Of a DNA stretch of 64,000 nt, positions 52,998 through 62,779 are shown piece after piece. The notes beneath the pieces were generated by a model, which worked only from the letters and a program-made list of their open reading frames with translations, searched no databases and had not been told where the DNA came from. The first letter of the stretch is position 1. Every line of letters starts with the position of its first letter. A program made the translations under genes and the position numbers. The stretch lies in assembly GCF_054482595.1 (NCBI RefSeq), contig NZ_CM137008.1. The stretch is one strand, 5' to 3'.

Positions 52998-54173
52998 ATG
53001 TTTGATTTCGACAAAATCATTGAGCGTCAAAGTGATAAGTGCCGTAAATGGGACCATACCTTTGTTTGCTCGCGTTTCGGTGACGTCCCGGAGTCCTTTA
53101 TCCCCCTGTGGATAGCCGATATGGATTTCACCTCACCACCTGCGGTGATTGACGGTTTCCGGCGCATCGTGGAGCACGGCACCTTTGGTTATACCTGGTG
53201 CTTTGACGAATTCTACGACGCGGTCATTGCCTTCCAGCGCAAACGTCATCAGGTTGAGGTGGAAAAGTCGTGGATCACGTTGACCTACGGCACCGTATCC
53301 ACGCTGCACTACACGGTTCAGGCATTCTGCAAACCGGGTGACAGCGTGATGATGAACACGCCGGTCTACGATCCTTTTGCGATGGCGGCACAGCGCCAGG
53401 GCGTGCAGGTACTGGCTAACCCGCTGCGCGTGGAGGAAAACCGCTATCAGCTTGATTTTAATCTGATAGAAGAACAGCTCAAAACCCACCGTCCAACGCT
53501 GTGGTTCTTCTGCTCGCCACATAACCCGTCCGGCAGGATCTGGCGCGAGGAAGAAATACGCCAGGTGTCCGATCTCTGTCAACGCTACGGCACGATTCTG
53601 GTGGTCGATGAGGTTCACGCTGAACACATTCTGGATGGCAAATTCGTCAGTTGTCTCACCTCTGGCTGTGCCGCCCAGGACAACCTGATCGTGCTCACAT
53701 CGCCCAACAAAGCGTTCAATTTGGGCGGGCTGAAAACCTCCTACTCCATGATTCCAGACGACTCGCTGCGCCAGCGCTTCCGCCAGCAGCTCGAGAAGAA
53801 CTCCATTACCTCGCCCAATTTGTTCGGGGTATGGGGAATCATTCTGGCCTATCAACACGGTCTGCCCTGGCTCGACGCGCTGAACGGTTATCTGCAAGGC
53901 AACGCCCGGTATCTGGCGGATGCCCTCCAGACCCACTTCCCGGCGTGGAAGATGATGAACCCGGAATCGTCGTATCTGGCGTGGATAGACGTAAGCGCGG
54001 ATGAGCGTAGCGCAACGCAGCTAACCCAACATTTCGCACGGCAGGCAGGCGTGGTCATAGAAGACGGCAGCCACTATGTACAAAACGGTGAAAACTACCT
54101 GCGGATTAATTTTGGCACCCAGCGCTACTGGCTGGAGCAGTCCATTAACCGAATGCTGAAAAATGACAAATAA
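52998..54173 (+). CDS. MalY/PatB-type PLP-dependent C-S lyase (aminotransferase class I/II)
   Basis: 391 aa with DFDKIIERQSDKCRKWD and WIADMDF. It follows the EIICB gene after 11 nt, the same pairing as K-12 malX-malY. Confidence 0.75.
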   Translation: MFDFDKIIERQSDKCRKWDHTFVCSRFGDVPESFIPLWIADMDFTSPPAVIDGFRRIVEHGTFGYTWCFDEFYDAVIAFQRKRHQVEVEKSWITLTYGTVSTLHYTVQAFCKPGDSVMMNTPVYDPFAMAAQRQGVQVLANPLRVEENRYQLDFNLIEEQLKTHRPTLWFFCSPHNPSGRIWREEEIRQVSDLCQRYGTILVVDEVHAEHILDGKFVSCLTSGCAAQDNLIVLTSPNKAFNLGGLKTSYSMIPDDSLRQRFRQQLEKNSITSPNLFGVWGIILAYQHGLPWLDALNGYLQGNARYLADALQTHFPAWKMMNPESSYLAWIDVSADERSATQLTQHFARQAGVVIEDGSHYVQNGENYLRINFGTQRYWLEQSINRMLKNDK

Positions 54174-54186
54174 GGATCTTACCCCG

Positions 54187-56076
54187 ATGAAGAAAGTGCT
54201 CACTCTCTCACTGCTGGCTCTCTGCGTTTCTCATGGTGCAGCGGCAGCAAACTACGCGCTCAATAACGACAATATTGCCCTCTTGTTTGATGATACAAAC
54301 TCAACGGTCGTGGTGAAGGACAACAAGGCTAACCATCCGCTCACGCCGCAGGAGTTGTTCTTTCTGACGCTGCCGGATGAGAGTAAAATCCACACCGTGG
54401 ATTTCAAAATCAAGCACGTCGAAAAGCAGGATAACGCGATTATCATCGACTTTACGCACCCGGATTTTAACGTCACGGTGAAGCTGAACCTAGTGAAGGG
54501 AAAATACGCCAACATCGGCTACACCATTGCCGCCGTGGGGCAGCCGCGCGACGTCGCTAAAATCACCTTCTTCCCGACCCAAAAACAGTCTCAGGCTCCT
54601 TACGTAGACGGCGCAATCAATAGCTCTCCGATCGTTGCGGACTCGTTCTTTATCCTGCCGGATAAACCGATCGTGAATACCTACGCCTATGAAGCCACCA
54701 CCAATCTCAACGTAGAGCTGAAAACGCCGATTCAGCCAGAGGCGCCGGTCAGCTTTACTACTTGGTTCGGCACTTTCCCGGAAACCAGCCAGCTGCGCCG
54801 CAGCGTGAACCAGTTTATTAATGACGTACGTCCACGCCCATACAAGCCTTATCTGCACTACAACAGCTGGATGGATATCGGCTTTTTCACTCCCTACACT
54901 GAACAGGATGTGCTGGGGCGTATGGACGAGTGGAACAAGGAGTTCATTACGGGCCGCGGCGTGGCGCTGGACGCCTTCCTGCTGGATGATGGCTGGGACG
55001 ATCTGACCGGACGCTGGCTATTTGGCACGGCATTCAGAAACGGTTTTAGCAAAGTACGGGAGAAAGCCGACAGCCTGCACAGCTCCGTTGGGCTATGGCT
55101 TTCACCGTGGGGTGGCTACAACAAACCGCGCGACGTTCGCGTTTCGCATGCAAAAGAGTATGGGTTCGAAACCGTGGACGGCAAACTGGCGCTGTCGGGA
55201 GCGAACTACTTTAAAAACTTCAATGAGCGGATCATCAAGCTTATCAAAAACGAGCACATCACCTCGTTTAAACTCGACGGGATGGGTAACGCCAGTTCGC
55301 ATATCAAAGGCAGCTCGTTCGCCTCAGATTTCGATGCATCAATCGCCCTGCTGCACAATATGCGCAGCGCAACTCCGAATCTGTTTATCAACCTGACCAC
55401 CGGCACCGACGCCAGCCCGTCCTGGCTGTTCTACGCTGATTCTATCTGGCGTCAGGGAGATGACATCAACCTGTATGGTTCCGGTACGCCGGTGCAGCAG
55501 TGGATGACCTACCGCGATGCCGAGACGTACCGCTCCATTGTCCGTAAAGGCCCTCTGTTCCCGCTGAACTCGCTGATGTACCACGGGATAGTCAGCGCCG
55601 AGAATGCCTATTACGGGTTAGAGAAGGTGCAAACGGACAGCGACTTTGCCGATCAGGTCTGGAGCTACTTCGCGACCGGCACCCAGCTGCAGGAGCTGTA
55701 TATTACCCCGTCCATGCTGAACAAGGTGAAGTGGGATACGCTGGCGAAGGCTGCAAAATGGTCGAAGGAAAATGCCAGCGTGCTGGTTGATACCCACTGG
55801 ATTGGCGGCGACCCAACGGCGCTTGCCGTGTACGGCTGGGCATCCTGGAGCAAAGACAAAGCCATTCTCGGTTTGCGCAACCCATCGGATAAGCCACAGA
55901 CCTACTATCTGGATTTGGCGAAGGATTTCGAAATACCGACAGGAGACGCGGCGCAGTTTAGTCTGAAAGCGGTATACGGCAGCAATAAAACCGTGCCCGT
56001 TGAGTATAAAAACGCGACGGTGATTACGTTGCAGCCGCTGGAAACGCTGGTGTTTGAGGCGGTGCCCGTTAACTAA
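54187..56076 (+). CDS. Exported putative glycoside hydrolase (alpha-galactosidase-like DDGWD motif)
   Basis: Signal peptide MKKVLTLSLLALCVSHGAAAANY. Contains FLLDDGWDD and KLDGMG. 629 aa from ATG 54187. Confidence 0.5.
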   Translation: MKKVLTLSLLALCVSHGAAAANYALNNDNIALLFDDTNSTVVVKDNKANHPLTPQELFFLTLPDESKIHTVDFKIKHVEKQDNAIIIDFTHPDFNVTVKLNLVKGKYANIGYTIAAVGQPRDVAKITFFPTQKQSQAPYVDGAINSSPIVADSFFILPDKPIVNTYAYEATTNLNVELKTPIQPEAPVSFTTWFGTFPETSQLRRSVNQFINDVRPRPYKPYLHYNSWMDIGFFTPYTEQDVLGRMDEWNKEFITGRGVALDAFLLDDGWDDLTGRWLFGTAFRNGFSKVREKADSLHSSVGLWLSPWGGYNKPRDVRVSHAKEYGFETVDGKLALSGANYFKNFNERIIKLIKNEHITSFKLDGMGNASSHIKGSSFASDFDASIALLHNMRSATPNLFINLTTGTDASPSWLFYADSIWRQGDDINLYGSGTPVQQWMTYRDAETYRSIVRKGPLFPLNSLMYHGIVSAENAYYGLEKVQTDSDFADQVWSYFATGTQLQELYITPSMLNKVKWDTLAKAAKWSKENASVLVDTHWIGGDPTALAVYGWASWSKDKAILGLRNPSDKPQTYYLDLAKDFEIPTGDAAQFSLKAVYGSNKTVPVEYKNATVITLQPLETLVFEAVPVN

Positions 56077-56143
56077 ACGCTTGTCCCAATGAGCAGACCG
56101 AGTAAGGCGCAAGCGCCACCCGGCAAAACCGGCAGCAGGGGCT

Positions 56144-56400
56144 TATTCCCCCTGCTTTTCCAGCGCATACTTATACAACGCATTCTTCTTCACTCCGTGG
56201 ATTTCTGCCGCCAACGCCGCCGCTTGCTTCAACGGCAGCTCAGCCTACAACAGCGCCAGCGTACGCAGCGCATTGGCGGGCAGTTCGTCATCCTGGGCTT
56301 TATGGCCTTCAATAATCAGCACCATCTCGCCTTTGCGAGGGTTTTTATCTTCTTTGATCCACGCCAGCAGTTCGCCGACCGACGTGCCGTGGATGGTTCC
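56144..56400 (-). pseudogene. rsmI: rsmI (yraL) 3' fragment with in-frame TAG
   Basis: The minus strand reads [83 protein letters not shown]. This is the RsmI C-terminus. The 5' part is replaced by IS66 tnpC. Confidence 0.75.
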
Positions 56401-56404
56401 CAGG

Positions 56405-57191
56405 CGGGTGTTCATCACATAACGGTATAGGGCATCATTCAGCGGAGCCATTAACTGGCAGCACGCGTCAACCCAGTTGGAGAGTAATGCACGGCTCAGC
56501 TCGACGCCCTAACGGGCAAAGATTTCACTCTGACGGTACAGTGGCAGATGTTCGCAGTATTTCCCGTTAACACACGGGCAAGCAAGCCGGGACCTGCGAT
56601 ACCACGCTCTATCGGACGGGACGGCGCCGGTGCTTCAACAATACAGTCACATTTTGTACAGGCTTTTTTTACCCGAACAGTGCGGATCACTTTCAGGGCA
56701 CTGCTCACCAGTTCCAGCTGCTCAGCACTGACTTCCCCCAGATAATCCAGCTCACTGCCACACTCCTGGCAACAACTTTCTTCAGGTTCCAGGCGGTGTA
56801 TTTCACGGGGAAGATGTGCCGGTAACGGACGACGATGACGTGACTGTCGCAACTGGCGGGGAACCTGCGGGTCATCCTCTCGCCCACTGTAACGATCGCT
56901 GTCCTGTTCTCGTTGTTTCAGTTGGGACTCAGCCTGTTCAACCTCACGCTGCAGTTTTTCAGAACGGGTACCGAACAGCATCCGGCGCAGTTTTTCTATC
57001 TGAGCCCGAAGATGTTCTATTTCCCGTTCCTCCTCTTCGATCTTTTCTTCGGCGCGGGCCAGCGCAGAGCGCAGGAAGGCCTCCGTCTCTTCAACCAGAC
57101 TCAGTTGCTGGTCTTTCTGACGGAGGGCTTCAGCCTGCTCAGAGAGCAACCTTTCCAGTTCTGCAATGCGAATGAGGTATTTCTGACTCAT
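56405..57191 (-). pseudogene. IS66 tnpC, 5' half, frameshifted and with in-frame TAG
   Basis: 231 aa are in frame (coiled-coil N-terminus, CCQECGSELDYLGE zinc motif). GKYCEHLPLYRQSEIFAR*GVELS.. then continues in another frame. Confidence 0.75.
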
Positions 57192-57221
57192 GACCGTTTT
57201 TATAATGCGGTCAGGAGTTTT

Positions 57222-57572
57222 TTACAACATTGTCAGTGAGTTAAGGCGGGATGTTTTTGGCTGACGCCAGTCCAGCTTATCGAGGAGCATTGCCAGTTGC
57301 GAGCGGGTAATGGATACCTTGCCGTCACGTACCGCAGGCCAGATAAACTGGCCTTCCTCCAGGTGTTTGGTGAACTGGCACAGACCATCAGAATCGGCCC
57401 AGAGTATTTTAACAGTGTCACACCGTCGGCCACGAAAGATAAACAGGTGACCTGAGAAGGGGTTCTCATCCAGCACATGTTGTACCTGTTCTCCCAGACC
57501 GTTGAAGGATTTACGCATATCGGTAACGCCGGCAACGAGCCAGATGCGGGTACCTGATGGGCGTGAGATCAT
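57222..57572 (-). CDS. IS66 OrfB (TnpB accessory protein)
   Basis: 116 aa, IWLVAGVTDMRKSFNGLGEQVQHVL.. The ATGA overlap with orfA is typical of IS66. Confidence 0.85.
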   Translation of the reverse strand: MISRPSGTRIWLVAGVTDMRKSFNGLGEQVQHVLDENPFSGHLFIFRGRRCDTVKILWADSDGLCQFTKHLEEGQFIWPAVRDGKVSITRSQLAMLLDKLDWRQPKTSRLNSLTML

Positions 57573-58003
57573 CTTCCCCTCCCGGTCAGTTCACGGATCA
57601 ACACAGTGAGCAGCTCTGGTGAAGGATTTTCCAGTGTCATTTTACCGTAATGGAATTCCACATGGCAGGAAGCCGCACAAGCAACTGATAATGCCTCCGG
57701 AGCAGGAGCATCTGTAGCACAGAGCGGGGTGTCGGTAAGTTCCACTGGAACCAGAGTCGGAGAGGCCGGAAAAGATTGTGGTACTGTAGGGCCTACAATA
57801 GTTGGAGGTATTCTACGAGAAATACGTATTTCTCTTTGCCAGAGGCGTAGCCATTTAAAAATCAGGTTGTTATCAACGCCATGTTCCCGGGCCAGTTGTG
57901 CAACATTGGCATTTGGTTTCGAAGCCAGTTCAACCATATGAAGCTTAAATTCATTAGAAAATATCCGGCGGGTCCCAGTGCGCCAGTCTGTAGATTTATC
58001 CAT
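57569..58003 (-). CDS. IS66 OrfA (TnpA accessory protein)
   Basis: RRIFSNEFKLHMVELASKPNANVAQLAREHGVDNNLIFKWLRLWQ is an HTH. ATG 58003; the track uses TTG 58006. Confidence 0.8.
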   Translation of the reverse strand: MDKSTDWRTGTRRIFSNEFKLHMVELASKPNANVAQLAREHGVDNNLIFKWLRLWQREIRISRRIPPTIVGPTVPQSFPASPTLVPVELTDTPLCATDAPAPEALSVACAASCHVEFHYGKMTLENPSPELLTVLIRELTGRGR

Positions 58004-58348
58004 CAATAGAACTCCGTCTAATTTAGAAGGAGCTCTAATTTAGTCTGCAAGGATCAGGTGTTACAGACGGCACTGGCTTTACGTTTACAAACAGTACGTG
58101 ATGAGTATGAGGCTTTTTTATCTGTATATAATCCCTCATTCTGTAAATTGGGATAGGGCAATTTCACAATCATCCTCCTCCCATATCACCAGTATATACT
58201 GAGCCGTGTTTATCTATTTGGTTAAAATTCGCTACAATCCCATTTTCTCTTTTGGGAATATAACAGTCTCCATTGTCTCTTTATTGGTTAATGGAGACTG
58301 TGTTTAAAGGAAGAAATCAGGAGTGATTGACAGGGTACCTGTCAGCAA

Positions 58349-59659
58349 TCAATACAATTCAGATTCCAGTTTTCCGTTCCCTGCAATTTTATTTAGTCCG
58401 GGAGAGTTCAATCTCTCCAGACATAACGAAAACAGTTCAACACCTGTATCCAGCACATTTTCATCAAAATCAAAATCAACTTCGTGATGACCTGCTTTTA
58501 AATCACTGCCAAGTATTATATATGCAGCTTTTCCTCCTCTCTTCTGTACACGGCGAATAAGGATCGTTGCATCTTCACTGCCCCCAAATGATTTATCTGT
58601 CAAAGACATGTTCATATCTTCTTGTGCTATATAGTGTATCAGATTGACAAGTAAAGGGTCATTATGTAAATCCGTTGCTTCACCAACCACTTTGTACTCA
58701 AAACGTAAACCAAATATGGAAGAAATACCTTGTGCTATTTTTAGAGCATGTTCACGCATGTATTGATTTATTGTTTCCGTTTCTCCACGAACTTCAAGCT
58801 GCATCCTTGCAAAAGACGGGATTATGTTCCTTCCTTCACCTGCGTTTAGAGTGCCAATATTTATCCGGGACATACCTTCACCATGGCGTGGAATGGCAAG
58901 TAATTGCGTTGCACAGTGACAAGCTGCTGCCAGTGCATTATTTCCCAGGTGAGGATTTACACCAGCATGTGCCGGAGTACCATAGAAAAAGAAATCCATT
59001 TTTGTCGTACACAACAAATCTGTAGGTGAAGCGACAACATTTCCTGTAGGAACTCCCATACCAATATGTGCAGAAAGGAAGTAGTCGCAGTCATCAAGAA
59101 TACCACCTTCTGCAATAGGTTTTGCACCGCGAACGCCTTCTTCTGCAGCCTGAAAAATTAGCTTAATTTTCCCGCATAACTTATGGTTATTTTCAGATAC
59201 CCATTGTGCCAATCCTAAACCAATCGATATATGACCATCATGTCCACATGCATGCATTAAGCCAGAGTGTATGGATGCAAATCCCATTTTTTCAGGAATA
59301 TGATCTTTCGATTTTGATTCACTTACCTGTACACAATCAATGTCAAAACGAAACGCAGTGACAGCTCCATTTTTTCCTGTATCCCATAAAGCAACACACC
59401 CTGTAAAGCCATCCATTTCATCCAGCAATTCATGGGGAACGCCTGAATCAACTGCACGTTTTATACTATCTGCAACTTCAGTTGCATTACGGCCCATAAT
59501 ATATTCTATTGACAGGTATTTATTCCCCGTAATAACCTGCCATCCCATACCACGCAGAATAGTAATTATCTTTGACGTTGTGATAAATTCGCACCACCCA
59601 CTTTCCGGAATATGGTGAAATTCTCTCCGCCATTTTTGTAACTGATTCAGTTCAGACAT
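58349..59659 (-). CDS. M20D-family amidohydrolase (AbgA/HipO-like)
   Basis: 436 aa with the metal-binding motif MHACGHDGH and EEGVRGAKP. Confidence 0.75.
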   Translation of the reverse strand: MSELNQLQKWRREFHHIPESGWCEFITTSKIITILRGMGWQVITGNKYLSIEYIMGRNATEVADSIKRAVDSGVPHELLDEMDGFTGCVALWDTGKNGAVTAFRFDIDCVQVSESKSKDHIPEKMGFASIHSGLMHACGHDGHISIGLGLAQWVSENNHKLCGKIKLIFQAAEEGVRGAKPIAEGGILDDCDYFLSAHIGMGVPTGNVVASPTDLLCTTKMDFFFYGTPAHAGVNPHLGNNALAAACHCATQLLAIPRHGEGMSRINIGTLNAGEGRNIIPSFARMQLEVRGETETINQYMREHALKIAQGISSIFGLRFEYKVVGEATDLHNDPLLVNLIHYIAQEDMNMSLTDKSFGGSEDATILIRRVQKRGGKAAYIILGSDLKAGHHEVDFDFDENVLDTGVELFSLCLERLNSPGLNKIAGNGKLESELY

Positions 59660-59671
59660 ATACGCCTCCTG

Positions 59672-60961
59672 TTAAAGGAATAATAATGCAATAAACAATA
59701 CCGTCACAATCATTCCGGGGGCAGTGCGTTTTGCAATTTCAACTGGATTAACTCCAGCCAGACCGGCACAGATAATAGTTGCACCAGCCAACGGAGACAT
59801 GTTTCTCCCCAGCGCAGAAGCCAGCATAACTGCAGCACCCAGAGTATTTGTATCGTAACCAAAATTGTTCGCATGTGGTGTGACAACTTCATTGAATGCG
59901 AATGCAGTCGCATCCCCTGTTCCGGTTATAAGTCCCATCAGGAATGGCCCCAATGTACCGCCCCAGCGGGCAAATTCTGGTGAGTCAATAAGAAATCTGA
60001 TAAACACATCAATGATACCAACAGATTTTAAACCTTCAATGAAAACAGCTGCGGCAATTATGATCCCAAGAATATTTGCATATGATGTCCCCATACCCTC
60101 AAAGAAGCTGGAAACTAATTCTTTGGGATTGGATTTACTGACAATCAGGGCATAAAGACAACCGAGAATCATTGCGGCTGGAACGGTTATTTTAGTCTCT
60201 CCAAGAAAACCAAATTCAGCCAGCATAAGTAATGCTATGGGAAGAAATGGTGCTACAGATTTCAGATAAAAACAGATACCACGGTCAGTGAACTCAACCT
60301 GTGTTTGTTCTGATATGTTTCCTGCAGAATCACATTTTGTTTCTTTTCTTACAATAGCAACAACTGTAAGAATAACAGCACATATTACACCACATGTTAT
60401 CGTAGTCGGAGTATGGAATACAACGAATTCCATTAATGGTGTTTGTGATATTTTAGATATAAATGCATTATGTGCAACACCGGGATTGAGGTAAGCACCT
60501 ATAGTTCCTGAAAGGATAGCTGCCCCGGCTATTGCAGGATGAATACGTGCTGAAATAAGTAATGGTATCAACGTTGCACCAACAGCAGCTGATGCGCCAG
60601 CAGCAGATGGAATCGCGATGCAAATAATAAAACTGACGGTAACCGCAGCAGGAATAAGAAAGATACCAAGACGAGATAATCCTTTCGTTAGAAAATGAAC
60701 CAGGCATGTATCACAACCAGTGAATTTCATAACACAGGCAAAGCCCATACTGGTACAAATAGCCTGAATAAGGCCGGACTCAGTCATTCTGCTTGCAAAT
60801 GCCGAAAATGCGTTTAAAGGTGACATGGCAACTATACATAGCAGAAGACCTGCACCAATTAGTGTCGTTCGTGTGTCGTATCTTTTTATCAAAAGCACAA
60901 CTGTGATTATCAGAATCACACATCCAGTTATCACGTTAAACATGAGATCCACCTCCTTCAA
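59672..60961 (-). CDS. DcuC/YfcC-type (anaerobic C4-dicarboxylate carrier-like) membrane transporter
   Basis: 429 aa, highly hydrophobic throughout. Located 12 nt upstream of the M20 gene. ATG 60943 is an alternative start. Confidence 0.55.
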   Translation of the reverse strand: MKEVDLMFNVITGCVILIITVVLLIKRYDTRTTLIGAGLLLCIVAMSPLNAFSAFASRMTESGLIQAICTSMGFACVMKFTGCDTCLVHFLTKGLSRLGIFLIPAAVTVSFIICIAIPSAAGASAAVGATLIPLLISARIHPAIAGAAILSGTIGAYLNPGVAHNAFISKISQTPLMEFVVFHTPTTITCGVICAVILTVVAIVRKETKCDSAGNISEQTQVEFTDRGICFYLKSVAPFLPIALLMLAEFGFLGETKITVPAAMILGCLYALIVSKSNPKELVSSFFEGMGTSYANILGIIIAAAVFIEGLKSVGIIDVFIRFLIDSPEFARWGGTLGPFLMGLITGTGDATAFAFNEVVTPHANNFGYDTNTLGAAVMLASALGRNMSPLAGATIICAGLAGVNPVEIAKRTAPGMIVTVLFIALLFL

Positions 60962-61078
60962 AGATAGATAATCTTTACTTTATGTGATTTGCTCAAATAT
61001 TGATCATGAACAAAAAAAACAATTAACCGGGGATACTATTATGATGGAGGTGATAACAGAAAATTATCAGGCGAAAAA

Positions 61079-61996
61079 ATGAAACATATGCCTAAACTTC
61101 AACAAATTAAATTTTTTAATGAAATAGTCCTGTGCGGAAGTTTAAGATCTGCCGCCCGTAAAATGAATATATCTCAGCCAGCATTAAGCAGAACGATAAA
61201 AGAATTGGAGAATGTATTAGGATGTAACCTTCTGATTCGAACAAGGGATGGTATCGTTTTAACAGAAGCTGGAAAGATATTCTCGGTCCATTCACGTATG
61301 ATTCTTGAAGAGGTTGAAACTGCAGCTCTTGAAGTTGCGAAAGTAAATATAGATAACACAGGGAAAGTAGCTTTTGGAATTTCTTCGCTGTTTGGCGTAA
61401 CAATACTGAATAATGTACTTGATAACTTCCGGATGAAATATCCGAAAACGCGTGTGATGATAAGAGAGGGACAGTTGTCTTCCCTTATCCCTTACCTGAG
61501 AGAAGGTGTTCTGGATTTTGCAATGGGTACATTAACAAAAGACATGCCAGTTGGAGATTTTATTGCGGTTGAATTGTTTAACGCACCGTTCACTATAGTG
61601 GCAAGAAAACACCATCCTTTAAGGAACTGTACATCAATTGATGAACTTGCAACTGCAAGATGGGTATTCCCGGAAACTCAAATGGGATACTATCATTATA
61701 TATCCCGTCTTATTCCCTTTGGACATCCTGATGAACCATATGCTCCAATATTTACCGATTCGGTAGTTTGTATTATGAATCTTGTTCTCTATGATGACTA
61801 TATAACGGTTCTCTCCAGAGCAAGGTTACAGGAAGCAAGATTCAAAGAAATATTGTGTTCAATTCCTGTTAAGTATCAACTACCCGTTAGCCAGTACGGG
61901 CTTATTTATCCACGAAAAAGGTTAATGACGGCACCAGCACAAATAATGATTGAATATTTTCAACAAGAGATACAACGATATGACTGGAATGGATGA
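61079..61996 (+). CDS. LysR-family transcriptional regulator
   Basis: 305 aa with N-terminal HTH FNEIVLCGSLRSAARKMNISQPALSRTIKELE. Divergent from the transporter/M20 operon. Confidence 0.85.
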   Translation: MKHMPKLQQIKFFNEIVLCGSLRSAARKMNISQPALSRTIKELENVLGCNLLIRTRDGIVLTEAGKIFSVHSRMILEEVETAALEVAKVNIDNTGKVAFGISSLFGVTILNNVLDNFRMKYPKTRVMIREGQLSSLIPYLREGVLDFAMGTLTKDMPVGDFIAVELFNAPFTIVARKHHPLRNCTSIDELATARWVFPETQMGYYHYISRLIPFGHPDEPYAPIFTDSVVCIMNLVLYDDYITVLSRARLQEARFKEILCSIPVKYQLPVSQYGLIYPRKRLMTAPAQIMIEYFQQEIQRYDWNG

Positions 61997-62103
61997 GCAA
62001 TACCCGGAATGATGGTGCCGTTACGGGGAAGTCATCTTCACAGAAATTTTCAGTCCATTAGCATTCCGGTATTCGTACAACTTCCTTTGGTGGAGAGTAA
62101 ACA

Positions 62104-62433
62104 ATGACCAGGATGCGATGGACGCTTGACCAGAAAAAACATCACGTTGCTGCATGGCGTGCCAGTGGTCTTACACGCCAGCAATACTGTGAACTCAACG
62201 ATATTCCCTTCACATCACTTCGCGAATGGCCGCAGGATGTCGCAAAAGCTGAACGCCGGGCAAATGAACCGACCGTTCTTCCCGTTCATATTGCGCCACC
62301 ACTGCATGCTGATGTATCACAGCCCGTCACGAATGAGCCAGTCACGCTCTTCCTCCCCGGCGGAGTACGGATGTGCTGTCAGCCGTCACAACTTACCGAT
62401 GTCTTCAGGGCGCTCAAATGTGCTCAGTCCTGA
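62104..62433 (+). CDS. IS66 OrfA
   Basis: 109 aa, WTLDQKKHHVAAWRASGLTRQQYCELNDIPFTSLREW. Confidence 0.7.
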   Translation: MTRMRWTLDQKKHHVAAWRASGLTRQQYCELNDIPFTSLREWPQDVAKAERRANEPTVLPVHIAPPLHADVSQPVTNEPVTLFLPGGVRMCCQPSQLTDVFRALKCAQS

Positions 62434-62779
62434 TAATGTCTTCATCGCGATTAAACCTGCTGATATGCGCCGGGGCATCGACACACTGACGCAGTATATA
62501 CAGGATGAACTCAGGTCGACATGGCATGAGGGAGCCGCCTTCGTCTTTGTTAACAAAGCCCGTTCGCGTATCAAAGTTCTGCGCTGGGATAAACACGGGG
62601 TGTGGTTGTGTACCCGTCGTCTGCATAAAGGCAGCTTCCGCTGGCCACGTACAAATGACGTTGCCTGGCACCTCACTCCCGACGAGTTTAATTGGCTTAT
62701 TGCCGGTGTTGCCTGGCAGCAAGTTAAGGGACATGACCTGACGAAATGGGTCTGGCTGAATGAAGCTGAACTGCGTGCT
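62420..62779 (+). CDS. IS66 OrfB (no separate stop; frame runs on into tnpC)
   Basis: GTG 62420, VLSPDNVFIAIKPADMRRGIDTLTQYIQDEL...VLRWDKHGVWLCTRRL. The 3' limit is approximate. Confidence 0.55.

Larger units (their letters stand above)
56405..58082 (-). mobile_element. IS66-family element, left ~1.7 kb (orfA, orfB, 5' half of tnpC)
   Basis: The three-ORF IS66 organisation is present. tnpC breaks off at ..[13 protein letters not shown] and fuses to rsmI'. The outer boundary near 58082 is not resolved. Confidence 0.75.

Noticed and set aside
53133-53936. 267-aa minus-strand ORF inside the malY-like gene
   Set aside because: It is antisense to a PLP-enzyme gene with family motifs, so it is a shadow ORF.
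56245-56451. 68-aa minus-strand ORF treated as a small gene
   Set aside because: It is a chimera. Its first 14 residues are internal IS66 TnpC sequence ([14 protein letters not shown]) and the rest is the RsmI C-terminus. It marks a junction, not a gene.
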